A DNA stretch of 57,843 nucleotides, the filler included, from Trichosphaerium sp. ATCC 40318 (Eukaryota; Protista; Tubulinea), in the NCBI GenBank assembly GCA_038496445.1. It is 2 parts of 2 records of this genome, joined end to end, with 100 filler letters (N's around TTAATTAATTAA, not from the genome) between each part and the next. Parts side by side here need not be neighbours in the genome. Positions count along the whole stretch, not along the records: positions 1 to 29,384 come from JALMLS010000443.1; 1 more part is not named here. The stretch is one strand, 5' to 3'. Of the stretch, positions 1 to 12,149 are shown piece after piece. A model generated the notes under the pieces. It had not been told where the DNA came from. It worked only from the letters and a program-made list of their open reading frames with translations, and searched no databases. Within the stretch, counting starts at the first letter, position 1; every line of letters begins with the position of its first letter. Made by a program: the position numbers and the translations under genes.

Positions 1-800
1 TTGTAGGTGGTTGCGTAGTATGTACTTCTGTTGGTGGTAGTGTTGTTGGAGATAGCTTTGTGGGTGGTAAGGTCGTTGGAGGAGGGGCTGGTGCTAATAA
101 AGCGACTGTAACAAATTGTTCTTCTCCAGCCACGCCTGATAACAAAGGCGAATACAAACTATTTCTAATAAGCAACTGTTGTTGTCCAAGTCTTGTGTAC
201 GTACGTGAACGCATTTGATAATTGTTCTGTAACTGTCATAGCACTACGCCAATTTACTGCTGTGATATTGACATCTAACATTGGTAGAGAGAGTTAATAA
301 TAGTTTTAACAACGGAGAATAACGTACAGTCTATCACATGATTATCCATTTCTACAACAAAATATATTGGACCATTTGTTATATCATTGTTGAATAGAAC
401 ACTGAAAGTAGCAGAGTCTGTATCAATATCGAAAGTAAAGGCAGTATTTGTAAAGAACTTGTATAGTTCTACGTTTGGGGTATCTGCATTGTTTACACAG
501 AACCGTGGACCTGGTTTTGGTCCTACAGTAGGTGCTACACCATAAAAATTAAATTGTCCGGCTACAGGTAAGTTTGGAACTGCATAAACAGTACCGGAAT
601 CTCCCTCTGCTATACGAATGTTAACGGAGCAAAACAATATGAAGAAAGCGCACAGATTACACCGTTGACAGCGGCAAGAAAGCAAGTCAAGAGGATTAGA
701 ATTACGCTGGCTACTACGTATTTTGGTTGGTAATTGTACACTGTATAGGGCTGCTACTGGGTTGGTATTATTAAAGCAAATGGAAAAGCACTTGTAAACC
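1..800 (-). CDS. Partial multi-exon gene for an unknown protein with a Pro/Thr-rich (mucin-like) stretch; runs off the window start
   Basis: ORF 275-685; GT..AG intron at 327-275 on the minus strand; downstream sequence reads PAPPPTTLPPTKLSPTTLPPTEVHTTQPPT. The 5' boundary is approximate. Confidence 0.45.
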
Positions 801-1600
801 TAAAACCAAATCGTCACGATTTCAGTGAACTGATTTAATTACTTTTCGTCGTTAGCATCAAAACCGAAAAGTCAAAGTCTTAAAGTAAAACAAGGGTATG
901 ATGCTTATTGTGGCTGTACAACACGTGCCAGGTATACAAAAAAAGAAGTAGGATGTCGTTAATTACAAGAATTGACAAAAATTGATTAGCTAATCATTCT
1001 TCAGAATTTTCTGATAATTATTATAGTGTCTGATCAAGTGTATGGCAAAGGCAACCTTACCCCTTTGGCTTTCTACATAATGCATAAGTCAAAAACTCAA
1101 TGGCATGGTCGTGAAGCTGCTGAGTTTGGTGTTTGATAACTTTTAATTATTATCATACTAAAAAACAACCACAGACAGTATCACTGTAAGCGTACTTTAG
1201 AAGTTTATGGTTTAGGCTCAAAGAAAAAAACCAGAGTTCTCCAAAACATGACTAAATGCTGTCTTTAAGCCTTAGATGACTGACTCATTGTGTTTGAATG
1301 ACAATGTGAATCTGAATTGCTTGTTTAAGTATTTTTTCCCTTTTTTTTTTTGTACCTATAATATGTGGTCTCATTTGCGTGCAAAAAAGAAAGGGTATCA
1401 CCATTTAAACAAACTCGGACTAAATATTTTGGATTTGTCCAAAAAAGTGAGAACACAAACGACATATTTGACCGCACGAGAGTTATTGCAATCGCATGAG
1501 TGCGTACTTCATTGTTTTTCTCCTTATTGTGATTCTTTTGTGCTTGAAAATTCCAAAAAAAATAGTTTCATCACCTAAAAGCAGCATCACGTGATATTTG

Positions 1601-4600
1601 ATGAGACTTATATTGTTCTTTCTACTCTTCGGATTGTGTAAAACCGCATGTTTGGTTACCATAGGCGATAGATCACTTGATTTGTCCTCTTTAAGGCAAG
1701 CACAATTAATTTCCGTTGATCATGTTTTTTTTATCTTCGTTAACTCAACCTGGTTTAATTAGTATTTAGAGACGTTTCTAGCACGCGCGAAGAGCATACC
1801 TATACGTTAAATCTCTGTAATGATCTACAAATAAGTTCTGAAAATCATAAACAATCACTTGCTGTAGAACACAGCATTTCGGTGCGTCTAGTCAATAAAT
1901 AACGCCTTCGTTTACATGTAATTTTTAAAAAGGGAGAGACGACCAGACTTGGTTATTACCAAAATTCTTCATGGGAGGGAACTGACGATGGCAGTATGAT
2001 TAAAAAATATTAATGAGTTACTACATAGTACTCCAATTTATTTTTTATTGTTAGGTGACTTACTTCATTTCACTTTTACAAACGGCGAGTTTTGTGAAAA
2101 GGGTGGTCGTAGACATGCTGAGCTTTTCTTGATATGTGGTCAAGAGCATGTTTTCGAAGTTCTGTGGGAGGATAAACCAACAGAATGCCACCATCAAATA
2201 ACTGTACCTCTTTTTTTTATTTCTTTTTTTTGAGATGTTTAACCAGTTTTGCTAAGGCTGTGTCATATGTAGCTTGTCTTGAACGCATTCACAAGCCTCT
2301 AGATAAAAAGCAGATATTGGCGAATGTGTACATTGTACCACATAGTCATGATGATGTCGGTTGGATAAAGACCGTTGACGTACAATTGATTGTTTTTTTT
2401 CTACAGAAACAGAAAATAGAACTGCATTTGTTTTTCTTACACCTTTGATAGGGATACTATGAAGATTCAGTTCGGCACATACTCAATTCAGTAGTATCAG
2501 CCCTAGAAAATAAACCAAACAGAAAATTCATCTACGTTGAACAGTAAGTCCGCTTCTAACGTAGTTTTGTTTAACAGTTTGGTTAATGCTGTTATTTTCA
2601 GAGCCTATTTTCACAAGTGGTGGACAGATTCTCGTACCACCAATGCTCAAAGAGCCCTTTGGAAACAATACTTGGCTAATGAGCAAGTTGAATTTGCGAT
2701 TGGAGGGTGGAGTATGGAGGATGAAGCTTGTACAACATATTCTGCTGATATCATAAATGTGCGTGCGAAAGAAAAAGAAATAGTCGTTTACTTATACTTG
2801 ATAGATGGCTGTTGGACACCGCTTTATTGTTGACACGTTTGGGGCTCAATACGCACCGAAACATGGATGGCAAATAGATCCTTTTGGTGCATCAACACCT
2901 CAAGCAGGACTTGAGAAACTAATGGGATTTAAAGCTCACGTGATTCAACGTATTCCATACCAGGAAAAAGTACTCGTTTTTAGTTGTTTACTGGCTCATT
3001 GTATTCTTTAAGGACGATATGAAAGCTTCAAAAACACTTGAGTTTTTTTGGGATAATAACCCTGATCAACCTATTCAGGAGATATTCACTCACACTCTTG
3101 CTTTCAACTATTGTCATTTATACAAGAATTTACAGCTTATAACAAACGTTACTGCCAGTAATGTACAGTCTGTAGCGGATACATTAATGGGTTTGATACT
3201 ACAACTCAAGCCTTGGTATAAGTAAGAAGCAATAGAAATCGCTAACCACGCTAAAGTTAATTATAGGACACTCAATATTCTGATGCCTTGGGGATGCGAT
3301 TTTTCCTATAGCTCTCTTGTTTATCGAAATGCAGTGCAGCAATTTGAGCAAATGGACAAGGTTTTAGCTTATATGAATCTGTTACCACAGAGATACCCAA
3401 TGTACATAACGTGATTTTGAATTGGCTATCATGAACTTTACGTGACAATAATGTATTATTAGAATAATACAATACAGCACTTTGAAGAACTACTTTACAG
3501 CCCCTGGGATGTTAAATCCAGCCACGTTTCCTACAAGAAACGACACAGACTTCTTTCCGTATATTGATAGAGCAGACTCATACTGGACGGTAATATTATT
3601 GTTTTTGGATTATTATGAAATATTGTACGAAAAAACTAAGAATTGTTCTAGGGTTTCTACACATCAAAACCATTCATCAAAACAATGGTTCGACGAAGTG
3701 AATATATTAACAGAGCTGCTGAAATAGCGTAAGCTGTATTTATTACTTGTTTTTATGTTTAATACTCACTTCTAGAGTGTCGACCCAAAATGGACAAGCT
3801 GATGTATCTTTGGGCAAAACACATTACACAAACAATCTCAAGACACTTAACATATCTCGAGCAGTACATTTCTATCACCATAATACATGCGATAGTAACT
3901 TACTAGTACTACTCAGGGTATTGGTGTTGTTGAACATCATGATGCTGTTACTGGAACCGAGAGATGGGATGTTGCTGTCAACTACTCCAGAATGTAAGAT
4001 TATCAAGCATAGTTTGACAGTATTTTTTAACCTCATTTAAGCCTGTTTGCTGCGAATGAGGGATGTCACAATACTACTGCGGAATCCCTGGCGTATTTGT
4101 TAGGAAATACTGGGGGTGCATTCCCACCGCCTTTATTAACAAACTACACAACAGACTTACTAAACATTCAGCCAGGACAAGTAAGTGAAAGCTGTTCCTA
4201 GAAATGTCTAAGTCAAAGATCTATTAACGATTTGTTTAGACAATACCTGTGATTATCCACAATAGTCTTGGATGGACAAGAGATGACATGGCTGTACTGC
4301 CTGTCAATGTTCCAGTGTTGGAAGTTCAAAACTGGGCAGGAACGATCATACCATCTCAGGTACAAAAACTATTTTATTCTTTAGTTTCGTGACTTTCGTT
4401 AGATAAACCCATCCCGACTGTCTAATGAAGAAGGCGATTATAATCTATTCTTTCAAGTGAAAGTATATGGCATGGGATTCGAAACATATTTCGTCACAAG
4501 GCCAACAACAAGTTCATCTCCAACAGTGCCAATTGTTCCAACTGTTCCATTCAACATGGAAAATGACTACATGTCCATTAAAATATCAACAACTAAAATA

Positions 4601-6104
4601 ATAGAAGGAATAACAATAAAACCGTCATTTACTATCTCTGCTTTTCAACTGGTGCGTCAAGTATAGTTTGGCCATGCCTGCTTCTAACACTTTATTTACA
4701 TAGCCTTGGCTATATAATTCAACTACAACTGGTCCTCAAAAGGGAGGTGCTTATATATTCATACCCACGGGCGAGGCTACCCACACTTTTATCAAGTCTA
4801 TAAATCTTGAACTATTAAAAGGTCCACTAGTCACAGAATTATATCAAGTGCGTCATACCAATCTCAACATAGATTTTTTTTCTTTGGTACTTGCATTTAA
4901 CTTCGTTTATTCACCTTCATCTAGGAATTTACGAGTATTGGCGGTCCAACTTTTTACTATCAAGTTATAAGACTGTATTCAGGGAACTCCAACATTGAAA
5001 AGTATTTTGATATCCTTCATCAGGTTGGTGTTATCCCCATAGACACAGACGTCATCACAAGATGGCTAACAAATATTGGTTCCAAGAATTTCTTGTACAC
5101 AGATGATAATGCTTATGCCAAACAGAAAAGAGTTCGTGTTGATAGTACATCTCCTTATTATCCAGGAAACTATTGGCCTTCAGTTTATTATTCTTATATT
5201 GAAACTTATTTCCCCACAACGCCACAAGCTAGACTTACGGTACAGTTTATAACTTGGAGTTTATCTACATTTCTAAATAAAGTTTCCTTGTCAGGTTGTT
5301 CATGACTACACTCATGGAGCTGGGACATTTTCATCAGGAGCAATGGAACTCATGATGCATAGACGAACCAGTACAGATGATGGTAGGGGACTTAATCAAG
5401 CTTTAGATGATACTCATGTGGTCCACCCTAAACATCGTGTCATGTTGAATGAGATTGGTGATACAAGTACGTACTATCACGTGTTTTAACATGTACTTTG
5501 AAACTTGACTATATCGTGTGTAATTGTGAATAGGTAGCTCTGATCAAGATGGAGAACGCATAAAGCAAATGTACAGACTTAACTTTCCTCTTTCCTATTA
5601 TTACGGTAAACCAACTAGTCCAATCTTTCTTTGGAAATCAAAATATAGAGGTTCTTTCCAACCAATAGGAGGTACAAACATCTCTTTTACATAAACTCAT
5701 GCTTATCTATACACCTAGTCATTCCTAGAAACGTTCATGTCCTTTCGTTATCACTTATCACTGTGACTACAACTAACTTGCGGTTCATTGTCAGGCATGT
5801 TCACATTACTTGGTTGTTTTTTTAGTACTTCTAGTAGTTCACATTATTCAAACAGCTGGACCTTACTTTTTTCCTTTGTAGATTACAACATTTATACGGT
5901 GCAAATGAATTTCCAATTCACTATGCACAGCCTGTAACTATCGATATAAGGAGCGTGTTACCATTTACGGTGTTGCCTTCAGACATTGTTGAAATGACAT
6001 TGACAGGAAATGAAGTTGTAAATCCTAGTCCAGGATTCATGATAACCTTGACACCCAAGCAAATTCGTACATTCTATGTAACTACCACTTATCAAACAGG
6101 ATAG
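1601..6104 (+). CDS. Secreted/lysosomal GH38 alpha-mannosidase with an N-terminal MRH (mannose-6-phosphate receptor homology)-like domain, copy 1, many exons
   Basis: ATG 1601 gives signal peptide MRLILFFLLFGLCKTA. MRH-like motifs: LDLSSL, YTLNLC, FTNGEFC..GGRRHAELFLICG..WEDKPTECHHQIT. GH38 motifs: IVPHSHDDVGW, GGWSMEDEA, GWQIDPFG, PWGCDF, DFFPY..YWTG, HHDAVTGT, ELMMHRR, LTPKQIRTF. TAG ends at 6104. Confidence 0.9.
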
Positions 6105-6239
6105 CATAAACACAACATTTTCCTTTATCTATTTATTATTTAAGAGCAACGGCCATGTCTAAAGAGCCTGTGCCGGAGGGGAGCTTACCGGTAGATATTG
6201 ATTGTGTTTTCGGCTTAAAAGCAGATGTACACATTAACA

Positions 6240-6400
6240 GTTATGAAGTACTCATCTACAAGCTTTCCCTAAATACGTCTTCTATACTATCTTGCATTGA
6301 TTACAACAGACAAGGCTTGAAAGCCATACGTGTTAACATAGCTCCAAGCAAAAATCGCCACATTAAATTTTGTGTACTTTCTGTTTTTGTTCAGGTTGCT
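6240..6400 (-). mobile_element. Decayed LINE ORF2 C-terminal (zinc-knuckle region) remnant
   Basis: Minus frame reads TQNLMWRFLLGAMLTRMAFKPCLL*SMQDSIEDVF, resembling the L1-clade W(R/K)F..CxxC..DSIEHxF segment, with stops. Confidence 0.35.
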
Positions 6401-7021
6401 TCGAAAGGTGCTAATGAAACGGCTTTGTAAAAACGTTCCCCGACACAATACAATTTTCAGTAAGTCACAAATGATTACAAAATGCCACATATTGTATTGA
6501 AACAGTTGAGAGACTTATTCACACCAATGGCTTAGTTTCAGCGAGTAAAAACGTGTTTATGTTCATGAATTCGTTGAATTACCGTATTTAAGGTGTACTT
6601 TGATATTCCGCTTATGATTGGACATTGGCGACTGCTCAAAGTACGGGAAAGAGGAGCTAATTAAATATTTTGAGAATATGAGTGATTCATGTGTGACTCC
6701 TTATGGCGTCATAGCCACGTTTTTATAATACCAGTGGTCCCAGAACTATCCTTGAAGCAATATGGAAGGTTTTGTAACTATTGTAGTTTTTGATTGGTTA
6801 TTGGAGGTTCAGGAAATCTTCGGAGACTTTCGGTCACACCACACGCTGTAGCTATAACTCTTTGATCGATTTATTGGCAATAGGCGTTGTGAACTTTTCG
6901 TGTATGACGCAATAAGTGTCTCAAGAAAATCACGTGAAAAGGCAAGGTGATCCTTACAGTCATAAACATTAACAACCTACACAATCAACAACAACTCCAC
7001 TAGAACAAACAAACCAACAAA

Positions 7022-7555
7022 ATGGGTAAATCTAAACTTGCAATCGAAACTCAACTTCTTGAACTTGCCAAAGCCGAATACAAAAAGATGAGCGATAAAC
7101 AAAAGGAAAAGCACTCTAAACCTAAAAAATGCAGTGTCTCAAAGAACTTTGTCATTAAGATAAATAGAAAAAGACGAGCAGAGGAGGACAATAAGCATCA
7201 GGATACATATACTGCTTGTACTTGTTTGGCTGTATACGCAACAAAGACAACAACATATGTTATTGTTACGAATGATTTCTTCAAGAGTGGCGATGGGAAC
7301 AAGCATGAAAGGCTGTTTGCTTATGCCAAGCAACAATCTTGGATCAAGAAGAACACTGAGGAATGGCAAGTCAGCGGATGGACAATCAGCACCAGCAATA
7401 GAAAGGCGTTCAAGTCTGTTTTTAACAATGCTATAAATGCACGTCGTAGAAGCCCAAGAGCATATATGAGCGTTTTTGAGCAAGAGTTGCTCGGTAATTG
7501 CTTTGGTAAAAACAGGACCACAGAGGTACTGACGGATAAAAAGAAAATTCCTTAG
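7022..7555 (+). CDS. Intronless, basic, 177-aa hypothetical protein
   Basis: ATG preceded by a CAA-rich leader; CACGTG about 90 bp upstream; AATAAA after the stop; no recognisable domain. Confidence 0.6.
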   Translation: MGKSKLAIETQLLELAKAEYKKMSDKQKEKHSKPKKCSVSKNFVIKINRKRRAEEDNKHQDTYTACTCLAVYATKTTTYVIVTNDFFKSGDGNKHERLFAYAKQQSWIKKNTEEWQVSGWTISTSNRKAFKSVFNNAINARRRSPRAYMSVFEQELLGNCFGKNRTTEVLTDKKKIP

Positions 7556-8615
7556 AACCAACAACGAAGACCACGTGTGCAATTTGTAGAAATAAAATAG
7601 TTTGAAATGACAAAGCAACTTGATCTATGATTTAGTGGTTTATTCCACAGCAATCAATCCGCCTAAACCTCAAGGGCTAGCGGCGACCGGTTTTCACGTG
7701 TTTATCAAAGACTTTAATTAGCTCACTAATAATTCCTAATGCTGGTTTGTGTTGCGGTGTACATCGTATGTATTTACTTCCTAGGGACACTCATTGCTTT
7801 GTAGATGAACAAGCTACAAATTTACGTTAACCATGTAGAGTGAGTTTGTCATGCGTGTACCCGACCATTCCGGCGTTAACTACTTGATCAAGAAACAAGT
7901 AGATTTATCAAACCATTGTGAACGCTTTCAAGATGTTGTTTATTGTTTTTTTTTTTTTAGCCGAAAAAAGGCGAATATTGTAAATGTGTTTCTGAACCAA
8001 ATACACGGATATCCTGGCATCAAATTAACAGGTAAGAAAACGAACGACTTGTAATACTAGCGTAAAATACGTAACTAACGTTGCTATTGCAAACTAGTAC
8101 TCACAGGTGTAATTGAACGCGTATCAGACGGATAGTCTAATTATATCTTTATAATCTAAGGTATGCAGCATTAGAAACCTTTTCACGCCTATTTTCGCCG
8201 TAATTAGCTTGTTGGTTGTGCAAAAACCCAATTTGTAGTAAAAGTATTGAATATTCTCGTTTTGAGCTATATCAGTTGCCTGGCGCTCTATTTTTGTCTA
8301 CGCGAACAATATTATTTTTATACGTACTACGTGAGTAGTTCGAAGAAAATCGATGGTGTTGGATTGATGGTAGATTTTTACTTTTAGCTGGGAGTTCTTT
8401 CTCAATAGAAACTATTTCTCAGTTAGTCAGCCCATGCTAGTAATATTACCGGGCGTCTCTGAGCTATTGGAGCACGGCAGCGTACCACAAAAATACAAAG
8501 TTATTTTTACTCACGTATTTGTGTTTGTTAATTTCTGTAAAAGCCAGCTTGTTCTATCCTTTTTTCGTAGTTCTTAATTTATTCTTCTTTTAGACTTTGG
8601 CCAAAGAAGTAAAAA

Positions 8616-10085
8616 ATGAGTTCTTTGAATATTCTGGACCTTCCCTGTGAAATACACGAGTATATTTGTACATTTGACAAAGAAATGTTTACAAAGTTCC
8701 ATACTCTATCAAGAAAAGCAGCCACCAACACACATTTTGATGAATCACTTCAACGAGATGGAAGATGGATGCGATGGTATCAAAGTGGAATAATACAGGT
8801 CATTGAATGTGCGAAGGATGGTCCAGGTATAGCGTGGTATAAAACTGGACAGATAAAGGAACAATACATGATAGTTAATGGTAAACGAAACGGTGAATAC
8901 AAAGAGTTTTATCCAGGACAGCAGCTGAAATCAAAATGCATGTTAGTTGATGGTAAAATGAATGGTGAACGAAGAGAGTTTCATGAAACTTACCACGGTG
9001 TTGAACCTTTAAGAATGAAGAAACAAAAAACTCACGACTTCCTTAATGAAATTGTATTTCATGAGAAGTTCCAACCTGATCCAATGCTAGAAAATTATCA
9101 TAGTGGGCGCACTCAGCGTTTATTTATGCTAGACACATGGGTTGATGGTAAGCGACATGGTGAGGTCAAAGTGTGGCACAAAAGTGGAATGAAGGCGAAA
9201 CTAACCAACTGGGTTGATGGTGTACAACATGGAGAAGCCAAATCATGGTATGGTTGGGAGCATGATGGACGTATACATACACAAGCTATGTTTGTTAATG
9301 GTAAAAAAACTGGTGAAGCCAATGAATGGTACACCAATGGACACCTAAAGGAACAAATCATTTGGGTTGACGGTGAACAAAAAGAAGGAAAAGTCTGGTA
9401 TGAAAACGGTCAGCTTAAGGCACAGACAATGTGGGTTAATAGTAAACTAAGTGGTGAAGCCAAAGGGTGGTATGAAAATGGACAACTCAAGGAGCAAATA
9501 ATGTGGGTTGATGGTAAACGAAATGGTGAATCCAAAGAGTGGAGTGAAAATGGTGTACCTACAGTACAAACCACGTGGGTTGATGATAAAAAAAGTGGTG
9601 AAACGAAAGAGTGGTTTTTAACTGGGCAGCTACAGCGACAAAGTATGTGGGCTGATGGCGAACTAAGTGGTGATGACAAAGAGTGGTATGAAAACGGACA
9701 AATAAAAGAAGTTATCATGTGGGTTGATGGCAAACGAAATGGTGAAGCTAAAAAGTGGAGTGAACATGGAATGCTACAGGAGCAGTCCATGTGGGTTAAT
9801 GGCGATGTGAAAGAAGAAAAATACTGGTATGAAAACGGACAGCTTAAGGCAAAATATATATGGGATGATAAAAGACGTGTTGTATCCAAAACATGGAATG
9901 AAAATGGAGAACTTGAAGTTCCAAAGATGACAGTAACAATCAATCAAAAAGCTTTGGATGCTTTAAAACCTAAGAGTATCATTTCGCTCAAATTGTTCCA
10001 TGCCTTAAACAACAACATATATTGTTGGTTCAGATACTTTGCAAGTAGGTTGTATAACTTATTCTTTTGGTCAAAGAAGAAATAA
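8616..10085 (+). CDS. F-box-like N-terminus plus MORN-variant (YwqK-like) repeat protein, intronless
   Basis: N-terminal LNILDLPCEIHEYIC; about a dozen repeats of WYENGQLKEQIMWVDGKRNGEAK. Confidence 0.88.
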   Translation: MSSLNILDLPCEIHEYICTFDKEMFTKFHTLSRKAATNTHFDESLQRDGRWMRWYQSGIIQVIECAKDGPGIAWYKTGQIKEQYMIVNGKRNGEYKEFYPGQQLKSKCMLVDGKMNGERREFHETYHGVEPLRMKKQKTHDFLNEIVFHEKFQPDPMLENYHSGRTQRLFMLDTWVDGKRHGEVKVWHKSGMKAKLTNWVDGVQHGEAKSWYGWEHDGRIHTQAMFVNGKKTGEANEWYTNGHLKEQIIWVDGEQKEGKVWYENGQLKAQTMWVNSKLSGEAKGWYENGQLKEQIMWVDGKRNGESKEWSENGVPTVQTTWVDDKKSGETKEWFLTGQLQRQSMWADGELSGDDKEWYENGQIKEVIMWVDGKRNGEAKKWSEHGMLQEQSMWVNGDVKEEKYWYENGQLKAKYIWDDKRRVVSKTWNENGELEVPKMTVTINQKALDALKPKSIISLKLFHALNNNIYCWFRYFASRLYNLFFWSKKK

Positions 10086-10792
10086 AGTCGATGTATAAAT
10101 AAAAAACTGTTTTTATTCATTCTGTGATTTTTAGCCTTGTTGTCCAACGTTATTACCTGATTGCCAAATACTTGCACTACTTGTAAACAAACCTTAGTAT
10201 AGCAACATATCACAAGGCGGTATGTCTAGAGACCTCAGTGCAACATACATTGATAGTAATTGTTTTTTCATTATATCTTTTCTTCATTAAAATCTATGTG
10301 ATAATTAGTGTCATTAGAAATGAGAAACAAACATACAGCTAGTTCTAAGAATGTACATAGTATACTAGCAAGCTTTCTTCGCATGTGAATATCAACAAGA
10401 GCTTTAACATTTGCTATGATGTCATACGTAGGTAGATCAAATGTAACAGTAACAAATTACAACATACCTATGTTCACCAACCGTCCCAAAAAATAAAGGC
10501 TAGCGATAATACTTTCAGGTCAAATCCACAGCTCTATTCAATATTCTAATGTTTTACCACGCCTTGAAAATACTGGCTGTAAAAGCGAAGTAAAACGTAA
10601 GGCCTGGTAAATGTCTGCCCATAAAAAAAAAAAAGAATTGAAACCCAAGACGGACCTATTTGTGGAATAAATGCTTTGGCTGTTTTTTAAGTAATTTACC
10701 TGAGTGATCTTGGTACAATTCAGATTCATTGAACTTCAAAATTCTATCTTACTAACAGTTAAAACTGGTGACTTAATGCGATTCAATATTGC

Positions 10793-10802
10793 GTCACGTG
10801 AC
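10793..10802. promoter_or_regulatory. Palindromic E-box GTCACGTGAC (CLEAR-type consensus) upstream of mannosidase copy 2
   Basis: Exact 10-bp palindrome 290 bp upstream of the ATG; function is inferred only. Confidence 0.3.
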
Positions 10803-11220
10803 ACAAAACGTGAAGTGGCCAATTGTAATTTTTATCTACTTGCTCGTGTTTGTAAAAAAGAAGGTAGGTAGCACCATTTAAACTCGGACTAAATATCTTG
10901 TATTTGTCCGAGAAAAAAGTGAACTCACGCACAATACATGCTTCGAGATGAGTTGTTAGCTCTCAGATTCGACCACAAGCTGTATTGAAAAGTTTAAATT
11001 GTGATTAGGAAGCGGCTTTATTTATTCTCCTTATTGTGATTCTATATAAATGAAAATTCCAAAAAAAATAGTTTCATCACCTAAAAAGCATCATGCGATA
11101 TTTAATAAGGCTTATATTGTTCGTTCTACTCTTTGGATTGTGTAAAACCGCATGTTTGGTTACCATAGGCGATAGATCACTTGATTTGTCTTCGCTAAGG
11201 TAAGAGTAATCATATTTGTG

Positions 11221-12149
11221 CAGGGCTGAAACTAAACAAGGCTTTGCCTTAAATATGAAGGCATTTTTTTAAAATCAGGCATTGATGGCAAAAATCAGGC
11301 ATGCAAAAATGGCAATGCCTGATTTTGCAAAGGCAATGGCAAAAAAGGCAAAAATCAGGCATTGAAATAAGGCTTTGTTGGGCCATGCCTTAATTGTTGC
11401 AATGCCTTGTTTTTTTTAGGCAATGCCTGCCCTAGTTTTTTCATGCATTGCCAGCCTTAAATTTACAGGCACCAATTAGGCATTGGTTGTGTACACATTG
11501 TACATTAAGGATACATTGGTTTAAGGTAAGTCTCCACCACACCAACACTTCCTAAACATTTTTTTTCATTTACTACTGACGTTTTATATAGACGCCGTCA
11601 CCAAGCGCTTAGTATTTTATGGATTCTAACGAAACCACCGCCATTCGAACCGCAGCACCCAAATGCACCTACAACAGGAGTATAGGTACTTTAAACGATT
11701 TTTCCAGTCCGCGAAAATTATACCAATAATTTGTTAATTTTTTTTTCTAGCTAAAGGTTTTTTTTCACATGGAGGACATTGCAGTTTTTTGTGTTTTGTG
11801 TACTGTACTTTAATAAATGAATCACTATTGTATGCCTATATAAAGCCTTGTTTTATGAGTATATGGTGCCTGGGTTATGCCCAAAAATTGAGGGCAAAAA
11901 TGCCTTATTGTTGCACAAAAAATGAGGCATTATTGGACCAACAATGCAGGCTATTTTAAGGCTAATTAGTGAACCAGTTGCTTGCTATTTGGCCCAAATA
12001 TGAGGCTTCAAAGCCCAAAATTACAAGGCAATGCCTCATATTTGCTCATTTTTTTTGGCAAAAACAAGGCAATTTGGTGAAAAATAAGGCTGTATTTGGT
12101 GGCAAAAAAATGGCTTTTGCAAAAAAAGCCTTATTTAGTTTCAGCCCTG
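11221..12149. mobile_element. Non-autonomous TIR DNA element, family A, 929 bp, in intron 1 of copy 2
   Basis: TIR CAGGGCTGAAACTAAA..TTTAGTTTCAGCCCTG; 2-bp TSD TG; dense AGGCA/TGCCT subterminal repeats; absent from the paralogous intron near 1696. Confidence 0.9.

Noticed and set aside
900-1580. Short ORFs and exon-like fragments
   Set aside because: No coherent reading; the 1370-1600 part is the duplicated mannosidase promoter
9113-9943. Minus-strand ORFs with repeats
   Set aside because: Antisense of the MORN repeats
11221-12149. hAT classification from CAGGG termini
   Set aside because: No 8-bp TSD at either family A insertion
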